A stretch of 32,000 nt of DNA from Mycolicibacterium smegmatis (GCF_001457595.1 NZ_LN831039.1:3480001-3512000); one strand, 5' to 3'; positions 1 through 8,758 are shown, counted from the first letter of the stretch. Notes: generated by a model from the letters alone, not told the origin. Program-made: numbers and translations.

Positions 1-137
1 ATGACCTCACCAACCGGCCGGGGCACGATCTAACCCTAGAAATCGACCATCGTTCCAGGCGGCAGGAGTGCTCACCGGCCAGCGGCTCGGTGATCAGCGT
101 CCCCGCGCTGGACGGTTATCCGTTCGAGGCACGCCGA

Positions 138-260
138 TCAACACCCATTAGGCGGGTGTGGCTGGCGGTGGTCGGTCCAGCGGTGTCCGTCCCAGTAGCG
201 TGCTGCGCCGGGGTCGGCGGGGTCGTTGTACCAGCCGGGAGGGACGTAACCGGGAGTCAT
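138..260 (-). CDS. DUF2510-like mini-protein (40 aa), possibly a gene remnant
   Basis: Not in the ORF track because it is under 60 aa. Reverse-strand ATG at 260 to TGA at 138 gives MTPGYVPPGWYNDPADPGAARYWDGHRWTDHRQPHPPNGC. The pattern GWYxDPx6RYWDGxxWT matches the DUF2510 signature. No clear SD. No ORF continues downstream in any frame. Confidence 0.4.
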   Translation of the reverse strand: MTPGYVPPGWYNDPADPGAARYWDGHRWTDHRQPHPPNGC

Positions 261-606
261 GTCTCGAAGCGTAACGTCAGTGGGCGTCGCGTTCGTCCTG
301 CTCTAGCCTCTCTACTCACAGGTCGACGCACCCTTCGAAGCTGAGGTCGGTCGGGCTGACTCCGTAGCTTTTCATGTGGTGCTCGCCCCCTTCCTGGTAC
401 TTGCTTTCCCGGGGTTGTTCGATCAGCAGGCCGATGCCCCTGACGGCTCATGGAAGGCCCTCGGCCCGATATCGATCCCACGCCGTACGCGCAGGTCTTC
501 AGTTGCCGCCACCGACGTTGACCCGCAAGCCCCCATCGCTGTGCGTGGCCGATTTCGGTTGACGCGCCGATATGATCGCGGGATCGGTGTGCAGAGGGGG
601 CTCTCG

Positions 607-2109
607 ATGAACCGCACGGCTGTTCGTGTCGGTCAGGCTACGGCGGCTGGTGCGCTTGTGGCTGCCGGTATCGGACTCGGAGCCTACAACGCCTGGTGGT
701 TGGCGCTGCTGATCGGGATTCCGGTCCTCGTGGCCGGACTGATCATCGTGCCGCGGCCATCGCAACTGTCCGTGCTTGATGTGTTCGAGAGCGGTGCGCC
801 GCGAAGGTCAGTGCCGGTTCGTGTCGATGCACTGACCCGCAGCAGCCGCAGCCCCGACGACCTGCAGCCGACGTTGGTGACCGCGACGATAAGCCCACCG
901 CATGACACCGAGTATCAAGGGCGGTGGATCGTCTCGATGTCTCGCGGTGACTTTGAGGCACTGACCAATGAGCCCGAAACCGCGTTGGCGCCGGACCAAC
1001 TGCCGCCGCGCGAAGCGGTGCCTGCGCCCCAGTTCGACCGTCTGCCCGGCCCACAGTTGCTGAGCTATTCGGCTGTGACCGTCGTGGTGGCTCTGGCGCT
1101 GCTGTTCGGTGTAGGTGACGCCTGGCGCATCTCCCTCGACAGGCCCACGCCGCCCGCACCCGGGGAGGCGCAGACTGCCCCCGGGCACAAGGAAATGAAC
1201 CTCAACGCCCGCCTGCGCGGGATGATCGAGGCGGTCTCCAACCAGTTCGGTCCGGCGGCCGCCAACAATCTGCTCGAACTCCGCTTCACCGGCAGCGGAT
1301 CGGACTACGGCACCGTTCTCGATCCGGCCAACGGTGACACGACAATCGTCTACGTCAACAACGGTGGCGATGCGTTCACCACGCCTTCGGCACAGGTTCT
1401 GCGTAAAGACAGCACGTTCACCGCCGGCGATATCGCATCTGCCGATCTGACCGCCATCACGCGCAAGATGGGCGAGCGGCTCGATTCTGCGGGCGGACAC
1501 GTCGACCTGGACAGCTTAGAAATCGAACGGTCGCGTCCAGGAGGTCCGGTGATACTGACCGGCATCTTCGGCAGCAAGACGGTCAAAGCCCTTCCCGACG
1601 GCACCGTCGGGGAGATCTTCGATCCGGCAGATTTCGCGGTGTCATTCCAGCGAGCACGGGAGTCCCTGACGCTGGCTGGGATCACACCCTCGGATCGGGT
1701 CTTGACGAACTTCGAAATCCGCGGCACCCACCGAGCTACGCCGATCGCGCACGCAAGTGAGCTCCAAACCCGCGGAGGTGTGCTGCTGGAGTTCCAGACC
1801 GAAGACCGGTCTGGTCAGATCGTCATCGTCCCCGGAGAACTGCCCGAGATCACTCAGCAGGCCGGCCACGTCGGGTCTCAGACCTTCTCCTTCAACGACA
1901 TCTCACCGCAAGTCTTCGACTCCGTCCGAGCGCAGGCAATGCAGCGGGGTGATCTCGAACCCTACGAGCGAGAAGCGGTCCACATTTGGATGACTGACCG
2001 CGCGATCGACCCGTACCGGTTGGCCATCCGGATCGAACTCGCGGGCGTGGAAGCAGCGACGGGAACCTACTCGGTGACCGGTGAGTTCCTTGCCCCGGAT
2101 GCGGTTTGA
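607..2109 (+). CDS. hypothetical integral membrane protein (500 aa)
   Basis: Part of ORF 376..2109. ATG 607 follows a GAGGGGG SD-like run. Hydrophobic helices: GALVAAGIGLGAYNAWWLALLIGIPVLVAGLIIV and LLSYSAVTVVVALALLFGVG, followed by a ~300-aa soluble C-terminal region. No family recognised. An alternative GTG start at 376 cannot be excluded. Confidence 0.7.
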   Translation: MNRTAVRVGQATAAGALVAAGIGLGAYNAWWLALLIGIPVLVAGLIIVPRPSQLSVLDVFESGAPRRSVPVRVDALTRSSRSPDDLQPTLVTATISPPHDTEYQGRWIVSMSRGDFEALTNEPETALAPDQLPPREAVPAPQFDRLPGPQLLSYSAVTVVVALALLFGVGDAWRISLDRPTPPAPGEAQTAPGHKEMNLNARLRGMIEAVSNQFGPAAANNLLELRFTGSGSDYGTVLDPANGDTTIVYVNNGGDAFTTPSAQVLRKDSTFTAGDIASADLTAITRKMGERLDSAGGHVDLDSLEIERSRPGGPVILTGIFGSKTVKALPDGTVGEIFDPADFAVSFQRARESLTLAGITPSDRVLTNFEIRGTHRATPIAHASELQTRGGVLLEFQTEDRSGQIVIVPGELPEITQQAGHVGSQTFSFNDISPQVFDSVRAQAMQRGDLEPYEREAVHIWMTDRAIDPYRLAIRIELAGVEAATGTYSVTGEFLAPDAV

Positions 2110-2113
2110 CCGT

Positions 2114-3214
2114 TCAGTCGGATTCTGCCGCTTCGATAGCCCGGCGCGTGACGGCCTCCAACTGTTTGAGCTGTGCCTCGGGTAAGTGCAGTGCGCCGCG
2201 GTGGGTGAGTCTGGTGATGATTTCGCGGACGCGCCCGTAGTAGGTGGCCTGCTCGGCCGCAGTGGTGCTGGATGCGGCGTGGTGGTAAAGCTTTAGCGCG
2301 GTATCGAGTTCGGACTGGTCGGCCGTTTCGAGGTAGGACGTGCCGACTCTCCTACCGTGCGACTCACACGCAATCCAGGCTCGGCGCAGCCTCGCCACGG
2401 TCTGCTGATACGCGTCGGCCAGACCGCGGTCGCCCGGATAGCCGTCAGTACGCAGGGCCTGTGCCTCGTCGAGAGCGATGTGGAATGTCTGGGTGGATTC
2501 GACGGTCACGTCGGTGACTGCGGGATAGCGCAACAGCATCGCGGGGTCGAGCTCGTAGGCTCCGTACGCGCCGAGGACGTCGTCATGGCGCCGTGTGGCT
2601 TCCTCCCACAGGCGCCTGGCTGCCTCGTCAGACCCGGCGTCTGCGACTCGTGCCGCCGAGCGTGCAGTGGTTGAGGACCCTCTCTTGTGCGCCTCGGGCA
2701 GCGCCATCGTCAAACGGCGGAACACTTCGGCGGCGGCCGGGTCAGACTTGACGACCGCGACCCTCCACTCGTCGTGGCCGGTGTCTGAGGCGAAGGTCAG
2801 GACCAAATACTCCTGCGTACGCACTGTGAGCCGTCGAGGGTCCGGCGTCGTCTCGTCGGCAGGGCCGGCAAGGTCCACCGCGATGAGCGAGGACAAAGGG
2901 CGGCTTGTGAATTCGGCGCTTTCGTCGCCGAAGGATACGGTGCTGTCGCCGACGGTGATCTGTACAGCTCCCGGTGGCTTGAGCCGCCCGTAGGTAGCTG
3001 TGCCCAACGCGATGGTGATGAGTGCTGCCACAACGATGGAGGTCAACGCTGGTGCCAACCCTAAGAAATTGAACGCCACCAATGCGATGAGGCCAGACGC
3101 GAAAGCGATCGCCGCCGTCGTGGCAGACGCCCGATGACGTTCCGTCGAGTACTCGGTCCGAGCAGTCACCGACACCACCGGTACGTCCTCGGTACAGTCC
3201 ATCGGTCTCAGCAT
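2114..3214 (-). CDS. hypothetical membrane-anchored protein (366 aa)
   Basis: Part of ORF 2114..3292. The first 26 codons of that ORF are antisense to the dctM remnant, so I moved the start to ATG 3214 (alternative ATG 3202). N-terminal hydrophobic segment: AAIAFASGLIALVAFNFLGLAPALTSIVVAALITIALGTATY. The C-terminal half is helical. No family recognised. Confidence 0.7.
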   Translation of the reverse strand: MLRPMDCTEDVPVVSVTARTEYSTERHRASATTAAIAFASGLIALVAFNFLGLAPALTSIVVAALITIALGTATYGRLKPPGAVQITVGDSTVSFGDESAEFTSRPLSSLIAVDLAGPADETTPDPRRLTVRTQEYLVLTFASDTGHDEWRVAVVKSDPAAAEVFRRLTMALPEAHKRGSSTTARSAARVADAGSDEAARRLWEEATRRHDDVLGAYGAYELDPAMLLRYPAVTDVTVESTQTFHIALDEAQALRTDGYPGDRGLADAYQQTVARLRRAWIACESHGRRVGTSYLETADQSELDTALKLYHHAASSTTAAEQATYYGRVREIITRLTHRGALHLPEAQLKQLEAVTRRAIEAAESD

Positions 3215-3220
3215 ATCGCC

Positions 3221-3390
3221 GCAATCCTGCTGGCGCTGGGCATGTTTCTCGACGGCGTCTCGATGATCCTCATCGCCGCGTCGCTGCTGCATCCGATCCT
3301 GGTCGGGTCCGTTCGACGGATCTGGATCGGTGTCCTGATGGTGAAAGTCGCTGAGGGGGCACTCATCACGCCGCAGGTGCTTCTCTTCTT
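3221..3390 (+). pseudogene. orphan fragment of a TRAP large-permease (dctM) gene, 3'-proximal region only
   Basis: By-eye DNA alignment to 8427..8590 shows roughly 90% identity with one 3-nt indel. Translation LGMFLDGVSMILIAASLLHPILVGSVRRIWIGVLMVKVAEGALITP aligns with LGMFLDGISMILIAAPLLHPILVGYGFDGIWIGVLIVKVAEMALITP of the intact DctM. The fragment has no start or stop of its own. Confidence 0.8.
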
Positions 3391-3403
3391 GAGCGTTTGC
3401 CGA

Positions 3404-4099
3404 TCAGTCACTACTGCGAACCTGGGCGTGCCCCTCGAACGCGTCCACCAATTCAGGGATCTCCCGCAGGTGCTGTCGGAGCACGTCGACGCTGGTCGTG
3501 GCGTCATGTCGATCGAGGGCCGCGATGAGTTCGCGATGCTCGCGCTCGATCACACTCAACCTGGCGGGCGCCTCGGCCAGCGTCCGGGTGCCCAGCCGTA
3601 CCTGGCGTGGCTGAAGTGCGTCATACATTTCGGCGATCACCGCGTTGCGTTGATGGCGGACGATCTCCGAATGGAACACCTGGTCCAGCTGCGCGAACCG
3701 GTTCCAGTTGCGCTCGCGCCCAGCCTGCTCCATCTCTTCGATCAGTTGCCGGGCGCTCTCCGGCGCGCCGGCCTGCCGTTGACAGATCGTGCGGAGGGCA
3801 TCGGATTCGAGCACGAAGCGCGCCTGGTAGATCTCACGCATTTCCACCGCCGTGACCACCCGAACCTGCGCCCCGCGGCGCGGAAGAAGATCGACATAGC
3901 GCTCCACCTGCAGCCGCTGCAGGGCTTCACGCACGGGTGTGCGGGACGTGCCGACCCTGGCTGCGAGGGCGACCTCGTCGATGAACTCGCCTTCGGCGAA
4001 CTCCCCGCTGAGGATCGCGTCGCGGATCCACTCGTAGGCGCGTTGGCCTGCGGATGTCTTGACCGCTCCCGCGACCGCGCGGCTTCCAGGGGTGGACAT
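3404..4099 (-). CDS. GntR family transcriptional regulator, FadR subfamily (FCD C-terminal domain)
   Basis: C-terminal part of ORF 3404..4627. The N-terminal winged HTH is GEFIDEVALAARVGTSRTPVREALQRLQVERYVDLLPRRGAQV, followed by a helical FCD-like domain. Start is ATG 4099 or 4108. It is divergent from the aldolase operon. Confidence 0.9.
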   Translation of the reverse strand: MSTPGSRAVAGAVKTSAGQRAYEWIRDAILSGEFAEGEFIDEVALAARVGTSRTPVREALQRLQVERYVDLLPRRGAQVRVVTAVEMREIYQARFVLESDALRTICQRQAGAPESARQLIEEMEQAGRERNWNRFAQLDQVFHSEIVRHQRNAVIAEMYDALQPRQVRLGTRTLAEAPARLSVIEREHRELIAALDRHDATTSVDVLRQHLREIPELVDAFEGHAQVRSSD

Positions 4100-4137
4100 A
4101 GCAATCATTGAACCATTTACACGGTGTGCATTCATCA

Positions 4138-4156
4138 TGTATACAACGTGTCTACA
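4138..4156. promoter_or_regulatory. candidate GntR operator boxes (TGTATACA and TGTCTACA)
   Basis: TGTATACA at 4138-4145 is a perfect 8-bp palindrome. TGTCTACA at 4149-4156 lies 3 bp away. Both fit the generic GntR GT-Nx-AC core and sit in the 102-bp divergent intergenic region. Confidence 0.4.
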
Positions 4157-4201
4157 GATATGTTTCGCGCTCTGCCGCATCGAGCATCGAGAAAGGCCGT
4201 G

Positions 4202-4984
4202 ATGACCCTCGCCCCCGTAGACCGCACCGGATCGCCGCAGCCCTCGGTTGCGATATGGCTCACCGAGCCGTCGGCGGCGGCCGTGGAGATGGGCGCTCTG
4301 GCCGGATACGACACCGTGGTGCTGGACATCGAGCACGGCTTGTTCGATCTGCGAGCGCTGGACTGGATCATTCCGCTGATCCGCGCCAAACGGATGCGTG
4401 TGATCGCCAAGGTTCTGGGACCGGAGCGTGGCCCCATCCAGCAGGCACTCGATTTCGGGGCCGACGCCGTCGCCATCCCCCACATCGCCTCCGCCGATCA
4501 CGCGGCGCAGATCTGTGGATTCGCGAAGTTCCCGCCACTGGGCGACCGGTCCTTCGCCGGCGGCCGCACCTCGGAATACCGGGGATTCACCGATGACTGG
4601 GTGACAGCCCAGGACCGAAACACCCACTGCTATCCGATGATCGAAGACGCCTCGGCGTTCGACGACATCGATGCCATCCTGGCTCTCCCCGTGGTCGACG
4701 GAATCTTCATCGGACCGTCGGACCTGTCGCTACGCCGGGACCGCGGCGCCTACAGCGTCACCGACGCCGACCTCGCCGACATTCGCCACCTTGCCCGAGC
4801 CGCCAACACCGCAGGCAAACCGTGGATACTTCCGGCCTGGAGCGAGGCTGAACAACGCCTGGCACTGGAGGACGGCGCACACACGATCGTCGCCGCCATG
4901 CAATACGGCGCGATGCTGGCGGGATTCACCGCCACCATGCAAGGCCTGCAGACCATCAGCCAAGACGTGAGGAGTGCGCGATGA
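4202..4984 (+). CDS. HpcH/HpaI family (class II) aldolase-like protein
   Basis: Part of ORF 4124..4984, with ATG at 4202 (MTLAPVDR...). Family-like blocks: AGYDTVVLDIEHG, IQQALDFGADAVAIPHI, KFPPLGDRSF, PMIEDASA, DGIFIGPSDLS. Confidence 0.8.
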   Translation: MTLAPVDRTGSPQPSVAIWLTEPSAAAVEMGALAGYDTVVLDIEHGLFDLRALDWIIPLIRAKRMRVIAKVLGPERGPIQQALDFGADAVAIPHIASADHAAQICGFAKFPPLGDRSFAGGRTSEYRGFTDDWVTAQDRNTHCYPMIEDASAFDDIDAILALPVVDGIFIGPSDLSLRRDRGAYSVTDADLADIRHLARAANTAGKPWILPAWSEAEQRLALEDGAHTIVAAMQYGAMLAGFTATMQGLQTISQDVRSAR

Positions 4985-5778
4985 CCCTGACCGCCGCAGT
5001 CGCCCAGTTCGCCCCGTCCGAAGACAAGGCCGCGAACCTCGACACAATCGTCGACCTGCTGCGGCAGGCCGCCGACCAGAACGCCGACCTGGTGGTGCTA
5101 CCCGAGTACGCGGTGTTCACCGTACCCACCATGGACGACCGCTTCGTGCGCACCGCCGAAGCCCTGGACGGCCCCTCGGTGACCCGGCTGGCGCAGGCTG
5201 GCGCGGAACTCGGCCTGACCGTTATCGCCGGCATCAACGAGAGCGCCGGAAACGGCAAGATCCACAACACGCTCGTCGGGATCCAGGGTGGCGAGATCGC
5301 TGCGGTGTACCGAAAGGTCCACCTGTACGACGCCTTCGGATACAAAGAATCCGACCGGGTGATCGCCGCCGACCCCGCCATCCCCCAGCTGCTGCGGGTC
5401 AACGGGTTCACCATCGGGATGCAGACCTGCTATGACCTCCGGTTCCCGGAGACCTCACGTGCCTTGGTCGACGCCGGTGCCGACGTGATCGCGCTGCCGG
5501 CCGAGTGGGTCCCCGGGCCGCTCAAGGAGTATCACTGGAACACCCTGCTGCGGGCCCGGGCGATCGAGAACACCGTCTACGTTGTGGCGGCCGATCAGAT
5601 CGCCCCCGCCGGTTCGGGCAACAGCGTCATCCTCGACCCGATGGGCATCCCGCTGGCTGCACTCGGTGAAGCCGCCGGTATCGGTGTGGCACGCCTCGAG
5701 CGAAGCCGTCTCGAAAGCGTGCGCACGATCAACCCCGCGCTGGCGCTGAGGCGATTTCGTGTCCAACCGGAGGCCTGA
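4981..5778 (+). CDS. carbon-nitrogen hydrolase (nitrilase superfamily, Nit/omega-amidase-like branch)
   Basis: Candidate Glu-Lys-Cys triad: VLPEY, YRKVHLYD, MQTCYDLRFPE. The start overlaps the upstream stop as ATGA (4981-4984). Confidence 0.9.
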   Translation: MTLTAAVAQFAPSEDKAANLDTIVDLLRQAADQNADLVVLPEYAVFTVPTMDDRFVRTAEALDGPSVTRLAQAGAELGLTVIAGINESAGNGKIHNTLVGIQGGEIAAVYRKVHLYDAFGYKESDRVIAADPAIPQLLRVNGFTIGMQTCYDLRFPETSRALVDAGADVIALPAEWVPGPLKEYHWNTLLRARAIENTVYVVAADQIAPAGSGNSVILDPMGIPLAALGEAAGIGVARLERSRLESVRTINPALALRRFRVQPEA

Positions 5779-5779
5779 G

Positions 5780-6880
5780 ATGCCTGCGACCACGCCGTTT
5801 CTTCGTCGGCTGCGCCGCGCCACAGCCGTCACCGCCGCCGCGGTATGTACCGCTGCGCTGACGGCTTGCGTTGCGCAGGAAGGTGATTACGTCCTGCACT
5901 ACACGACCTACTCCTCGCCGACCTCGGACCAGTCGGTCACCATGCAGCGTTGGGCCGAGGACGTCGAAGCCCGCACCGACGGCGGGGTGCGGGTGAAGTT
6001 CCACTACTCGCAGAGCCTGGTGGGTGCGGACGAGTCGCTGCAGGCCACCCTCGACGGCCGGGCCGACCTCGCTCAGGTCGGCTCGTTGTACTCGGCGTCG
6101 GATTTGTCCATGTTCACCGTCATCGAGTTGCCCTTCGAGACCAACAATCCGCAAGTGCAGTTGACGGCCATCGAACGGCTTTACGAGGAAAACGAGACGT
6201 ACCGCAGGGATTTCGACCGCCAGGGTGTGCAACTGCTGTTCCCGCTGCCGCTGGGGATCAGCGTGGTCGGTCTCGACGAACCTGCGCTCACACCAAACGA
6301 CCTGGCGGGGCGCAACATTCGCTCGGGAGGCCTCACGTCGGAGGCGTTGCTCGCCGTGGGTGCCAATCCCGTGGCGATGACTGCGACCGATGTCTACGAA
6401 GCCATGGAGCGGGGCGTCGTCGACGGGTACACCTCGCTGGCGATCGCCAACCTGCCGACGTTCGGTCTGGCGACGAACACCCCGTACCTGGTCGATCCCG
6501 GAATCGGCGCCTATGCGTCCTCGATCGTGGTGATCAACTCCGAACTGATGGAATCCATGCCACCGGAGTATCAGGAAGCGATCGCCGAGGCGTCCGGTCA
6601 GGCGGTCGCGAACGGCCTGGAGGAGATGGACAAGCTCGGCGCGCAGGCGTGCGAGAACCTCCGTAGAACGGGCGCGCAACTGTCCGCCATGCCGGCCGAC
6701 GATGTCGCGGCATGGAAGGAACGTGCCGGGATCGCCGAGGGGTGGGTCAACCGGTACTCCGAGCGCGGTTACGACGCGCAGAGCGTGCTCGACGACTATC
6801 GCCGCATCATCCGGGAAGAGACTCCGCAGTCGCAGTACGTCGATCAGTTCTACGCATGCCTCGAAGGAGCAACCCGATGA
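5780..6880 (+). CDS. dctP: TRAP transporter substrate-binding protein (DctP type), probable lipoprotein
   Basis: ATG 5780 lies 1 nt after the upstream stop, with GGAGG at 5769-5773. The signal peptide has RR and a lipobox: RRLRRATAVTAAAVCTAALTAC. It sits immediately upstream of the Q and M genes. Confidence 0.85.
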   Translation: MPATTPFLRRLRRATAVTAAAVCTAALTACVAQEGDYVLHYTTYSSPTSDQSVTMQRWAEDVEARTDGGVRVKFHYSQSLVGADESLQATLDGRADLAQVGSLYSASDLSMFTVIELPFETNNPQVQLTAIERLYEENETYRRDFDRQGVQLLFPLPLGISVVGLDEPALTPNDLAGRNIRSGGLTSEALLAVGANPVAMTATDVYEAMERGVVDGYTSLAIANLPTFGLATNTPYLVDPGIGAYASSIVVINSELMESMPPEYQEAIAEASGQAVANGLEEMDKLGAQACENLRRTGAQLSAMPADDVAAWKERAGIAEGWVNRYSERGYDAQSVLDDYRRIIREETPQSQYVDQFYACLEGATR

Positions 6881-7395
6881 CCGAGGACGTCGCGCTGCCG
6901 CGGGCCGTGACGGTGATCGCCCGTGGCATGAGCATCGTGGCAGGCCTGCTGCTGCTCGGCGTCATCCTGTTGACCGTTGCTGACGTCGTGAGCCGAAACG
7001 CCCGGGACCGCTCGATCGTCGGAACCGTCGATATCGCCACCATGTTGCTGGTTGCCATCGCCTTCCTGGGCCTGGCCTCAGCGGAGGCCGACGGGCGGCA
7101 TGTGGTGGTCGAGTTGTTCGAGAGCCGGTTCGGCCCGCGGACGCGACTCGTGCTGTCGGTGATACGTACGGTGCTCCTGATCGCGCTCGCCCTCCTTTTG
7201 ACCTGGGGTCTGAGCGAAGTCCTGCTCAGCGCGATCGAGCGCGGTGAGACGACGAACGACATCCTCCGGCTGCCCACCTGGCCCGCAAAGTTGGTGTTGT
7301 TGGCGTCGTTTGCCATGTTCTTCGTCGTGGCGGTGTGGAAGGAACTGCTCACCTTCATGGCCCTGCGGACCGAATGCGGAGGTGATAACCGATGA
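6877..7395 (+). CDS. dctQ: TRAP transporter small permease (DctQ)
   Basis: 172 aa with four hydrophobic helices, located between dctP and dctM. ATGA overlap at 6877-6880. Confidence 0.8.
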   Translation: MTEDVALPRAVTVIARGMSIVAGLLLLGVILLTVADVVSRNARDRSIVGTVDIATMLLVAIAFLGLASAEADGRHVVVELFESRFGPRTRLVLSVIRTVLLIALALLLTWGLSEVLLSAIERGETTNDILRLPTWPAKLVLLASFAMFFVVAVWKELLTFMALRTECGGDNR

Positions 7396-8753
7396 CCGCC
7401 ACCACCGGCGTCGTCCTGGTCGTCGTCCTCGTCCTGTTCTTCGCGCTCTTGGCGATTCGTCTCCACATCGGCCTGTCGCTGATGGCCTCGGCTTTCGTCG
7501 GGGTGTTGTTGTTGCGCGGCACCGGAGCCGGGCTCAGCACCGTGGCCAACCAACCGTTCTCCACGGCGGCCGACTACTCGCTGACGATCATTCCGCTGTT
7601 CATCGTGATGGGGATCTTCGCGGTTCGCGCCGGGCTGGCCCAGGCCGGTTTCGACCTGGCCTCCTCGGTGCTTCGGCGACTTCCAGGGGGTCCCGCGCTG
7701 GCTTCACTGGCCGGTTCCGGCATGTTTGCTGCCGTCACGGGATCGAGCGTAGCCACGGTGGCCACCATGGCCCGAGTGTCCACCGATGCCATCGTCCGCG
7801 CGGGGTACAGCATCCGCCTGGCCGCCGGGGTGGTGTGTGCCGGTGGGACGTTGGGAGTGCTCATCCCGCCGTCGATCGTCCTGGTGTTGTACGGCGTGGT
7901 CACGGAGGAGAGCATCGGGCAACTCCTGATCGCGGGGATCGGGCCGGGATTGCTCACGATCGCGGGATACGCGGTCACCAGCGTCTTGCTGGTCATGTGG
8001 CAGCGGAGGCGTGCCGGTGTCGTCGGCGCCGAGCGCAGGATCGAGGAGCCGGGTCCGGGTGCCGAAGGTGCGGCGGCCGGCGATCCGGGGCGCGTCGACA
8101 TCGCCGGGTTCCTTTATCTCGTCGTCATTTTCGCGGTCTCCATCGGCACGATTTACCTCGGTCTGGCCACACCGACCGAAGCGGCGTCCTTCGGTGCGCT
8201 CGCCGCGCTGGTCGTCCTGGTGCTGCGGACGCGGCCCCCGTCGTGGATCCGAGAGATCGGAGAATCGCTGAGGGAGGCGATCGGCCTGACGGCGATGACC
8301 TTTCTGCTGATGGTCGGCGCCGGGGTGTTCACCTATGTCCTCGCGTTGAGCGGGGCGAGCAGTTCCCTGGTGAGTGCGGTGACCGCGGCGCAACTGCCGC
8401 CGTATCTGGTTCTGGTGCTCTGCCTGGCAATCCTGTTGCCGCTGGGCATGTTTCTCGACGGCATCTCGATGATCCTCATCGCCGCGCCACTGCTGCATCC
8501 GATCCTGGTCGGCTACGGGTTCGACGGGATCTGGATCGGTGTCCTCATCGTGAAAGTCGCTGAGATGGCGCTCATCACGCCGCCAGTCGGGATGAACGCG
8601 TTCGTCTATTCCGGAGCGGTGCGGGAAGCGGGACTGGGCCGCGTGTTCCGCGGCATTATTCCCTTCATCGTGGCCGACCTGGTGGTGGTCGGGGTGCTGA
8701 TCGCCTTCCCGGCAATCGTGACGTTCCTCCCGTCCATGTCGGGTGCGCAGTGA
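7392..8753 (+). CDS. dctM: TRAP transporter large permease (DctM)
   Basis: 453-aa polytopic membrane protein. It has a DctM-like C-terminal block: LGMFLDGISMILIAAPLLHPIL...GVLIVKVAEMALITPPVGMN. ATGA overlap at 7392-7395. Confidence 0.9.
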   Translation: MTATTGVVLVVVLVLFFALLAIRLHIGLSLMASAFVGVLLLRGTGAGLSTVANQPFSTAADYSLTIIPLFIVMGIFAVRAGLAQAGFDLASSVLRRLPGGPALASLAGSGMFAAVTGSSVATVATMARVSTDAIVRAGYSIRLAAGVVCAGGTLGVLIPPSIVLVLYGVVTEESIGQLLIAGIGPGLLTIAGYAVTSVLLVMWQRRRAGVVGAERRIEEPGPGAEGAAAGDPGRVDIAGFLYLVVIFAVSIGTIYLGLATPTEAASFGALAALVVLVLRTRPPSWIREIGESLREAIGLTAMTFLLMVGAGVFTYVLALSGASSSLVSAVTAAQLPPYLVLVLCLAILLPLGMFLDGISMILIAAPLLHPILVGYGFDGIWIGVLIVKVAEMALITPPVGMNAFVYSGAVREAGLGRVFRGIIPFIVADLVVVGVLIAFPAIVTFLPSMSGAQ

Positions 8754-8758
8754 CCGGT

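Noticed and set aside
316-462. Minus-strand open frame ...GIGLLIEQPRESKYQEGGEHHMKSYGVSPTDLSFEGCVDL*, which looks like a protein C-terminus.
   Set aside because: It has no usable start codon apart from a Met that would give only a 19-aa peptide. I recognise no family. It may be a decayed gene end, but that is not supportable from sequence alone.
376-606. N-terminal 77-codon extension of the first membrane-protein ORF, from a GTG start.
   Set aside because: I see no recognisable features in the extension, and the internal ATG at 607 has a better SD-like element. I cannot exclude the extension, because its third-position GC is fairly high.
3134-4111. 325-aa plus-strand ORF.
   Set aside because: It is chimeric. 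Its first part is the dctM remnant read in frame, and the rest is antisense to the GntR gene. It is not a real gene.
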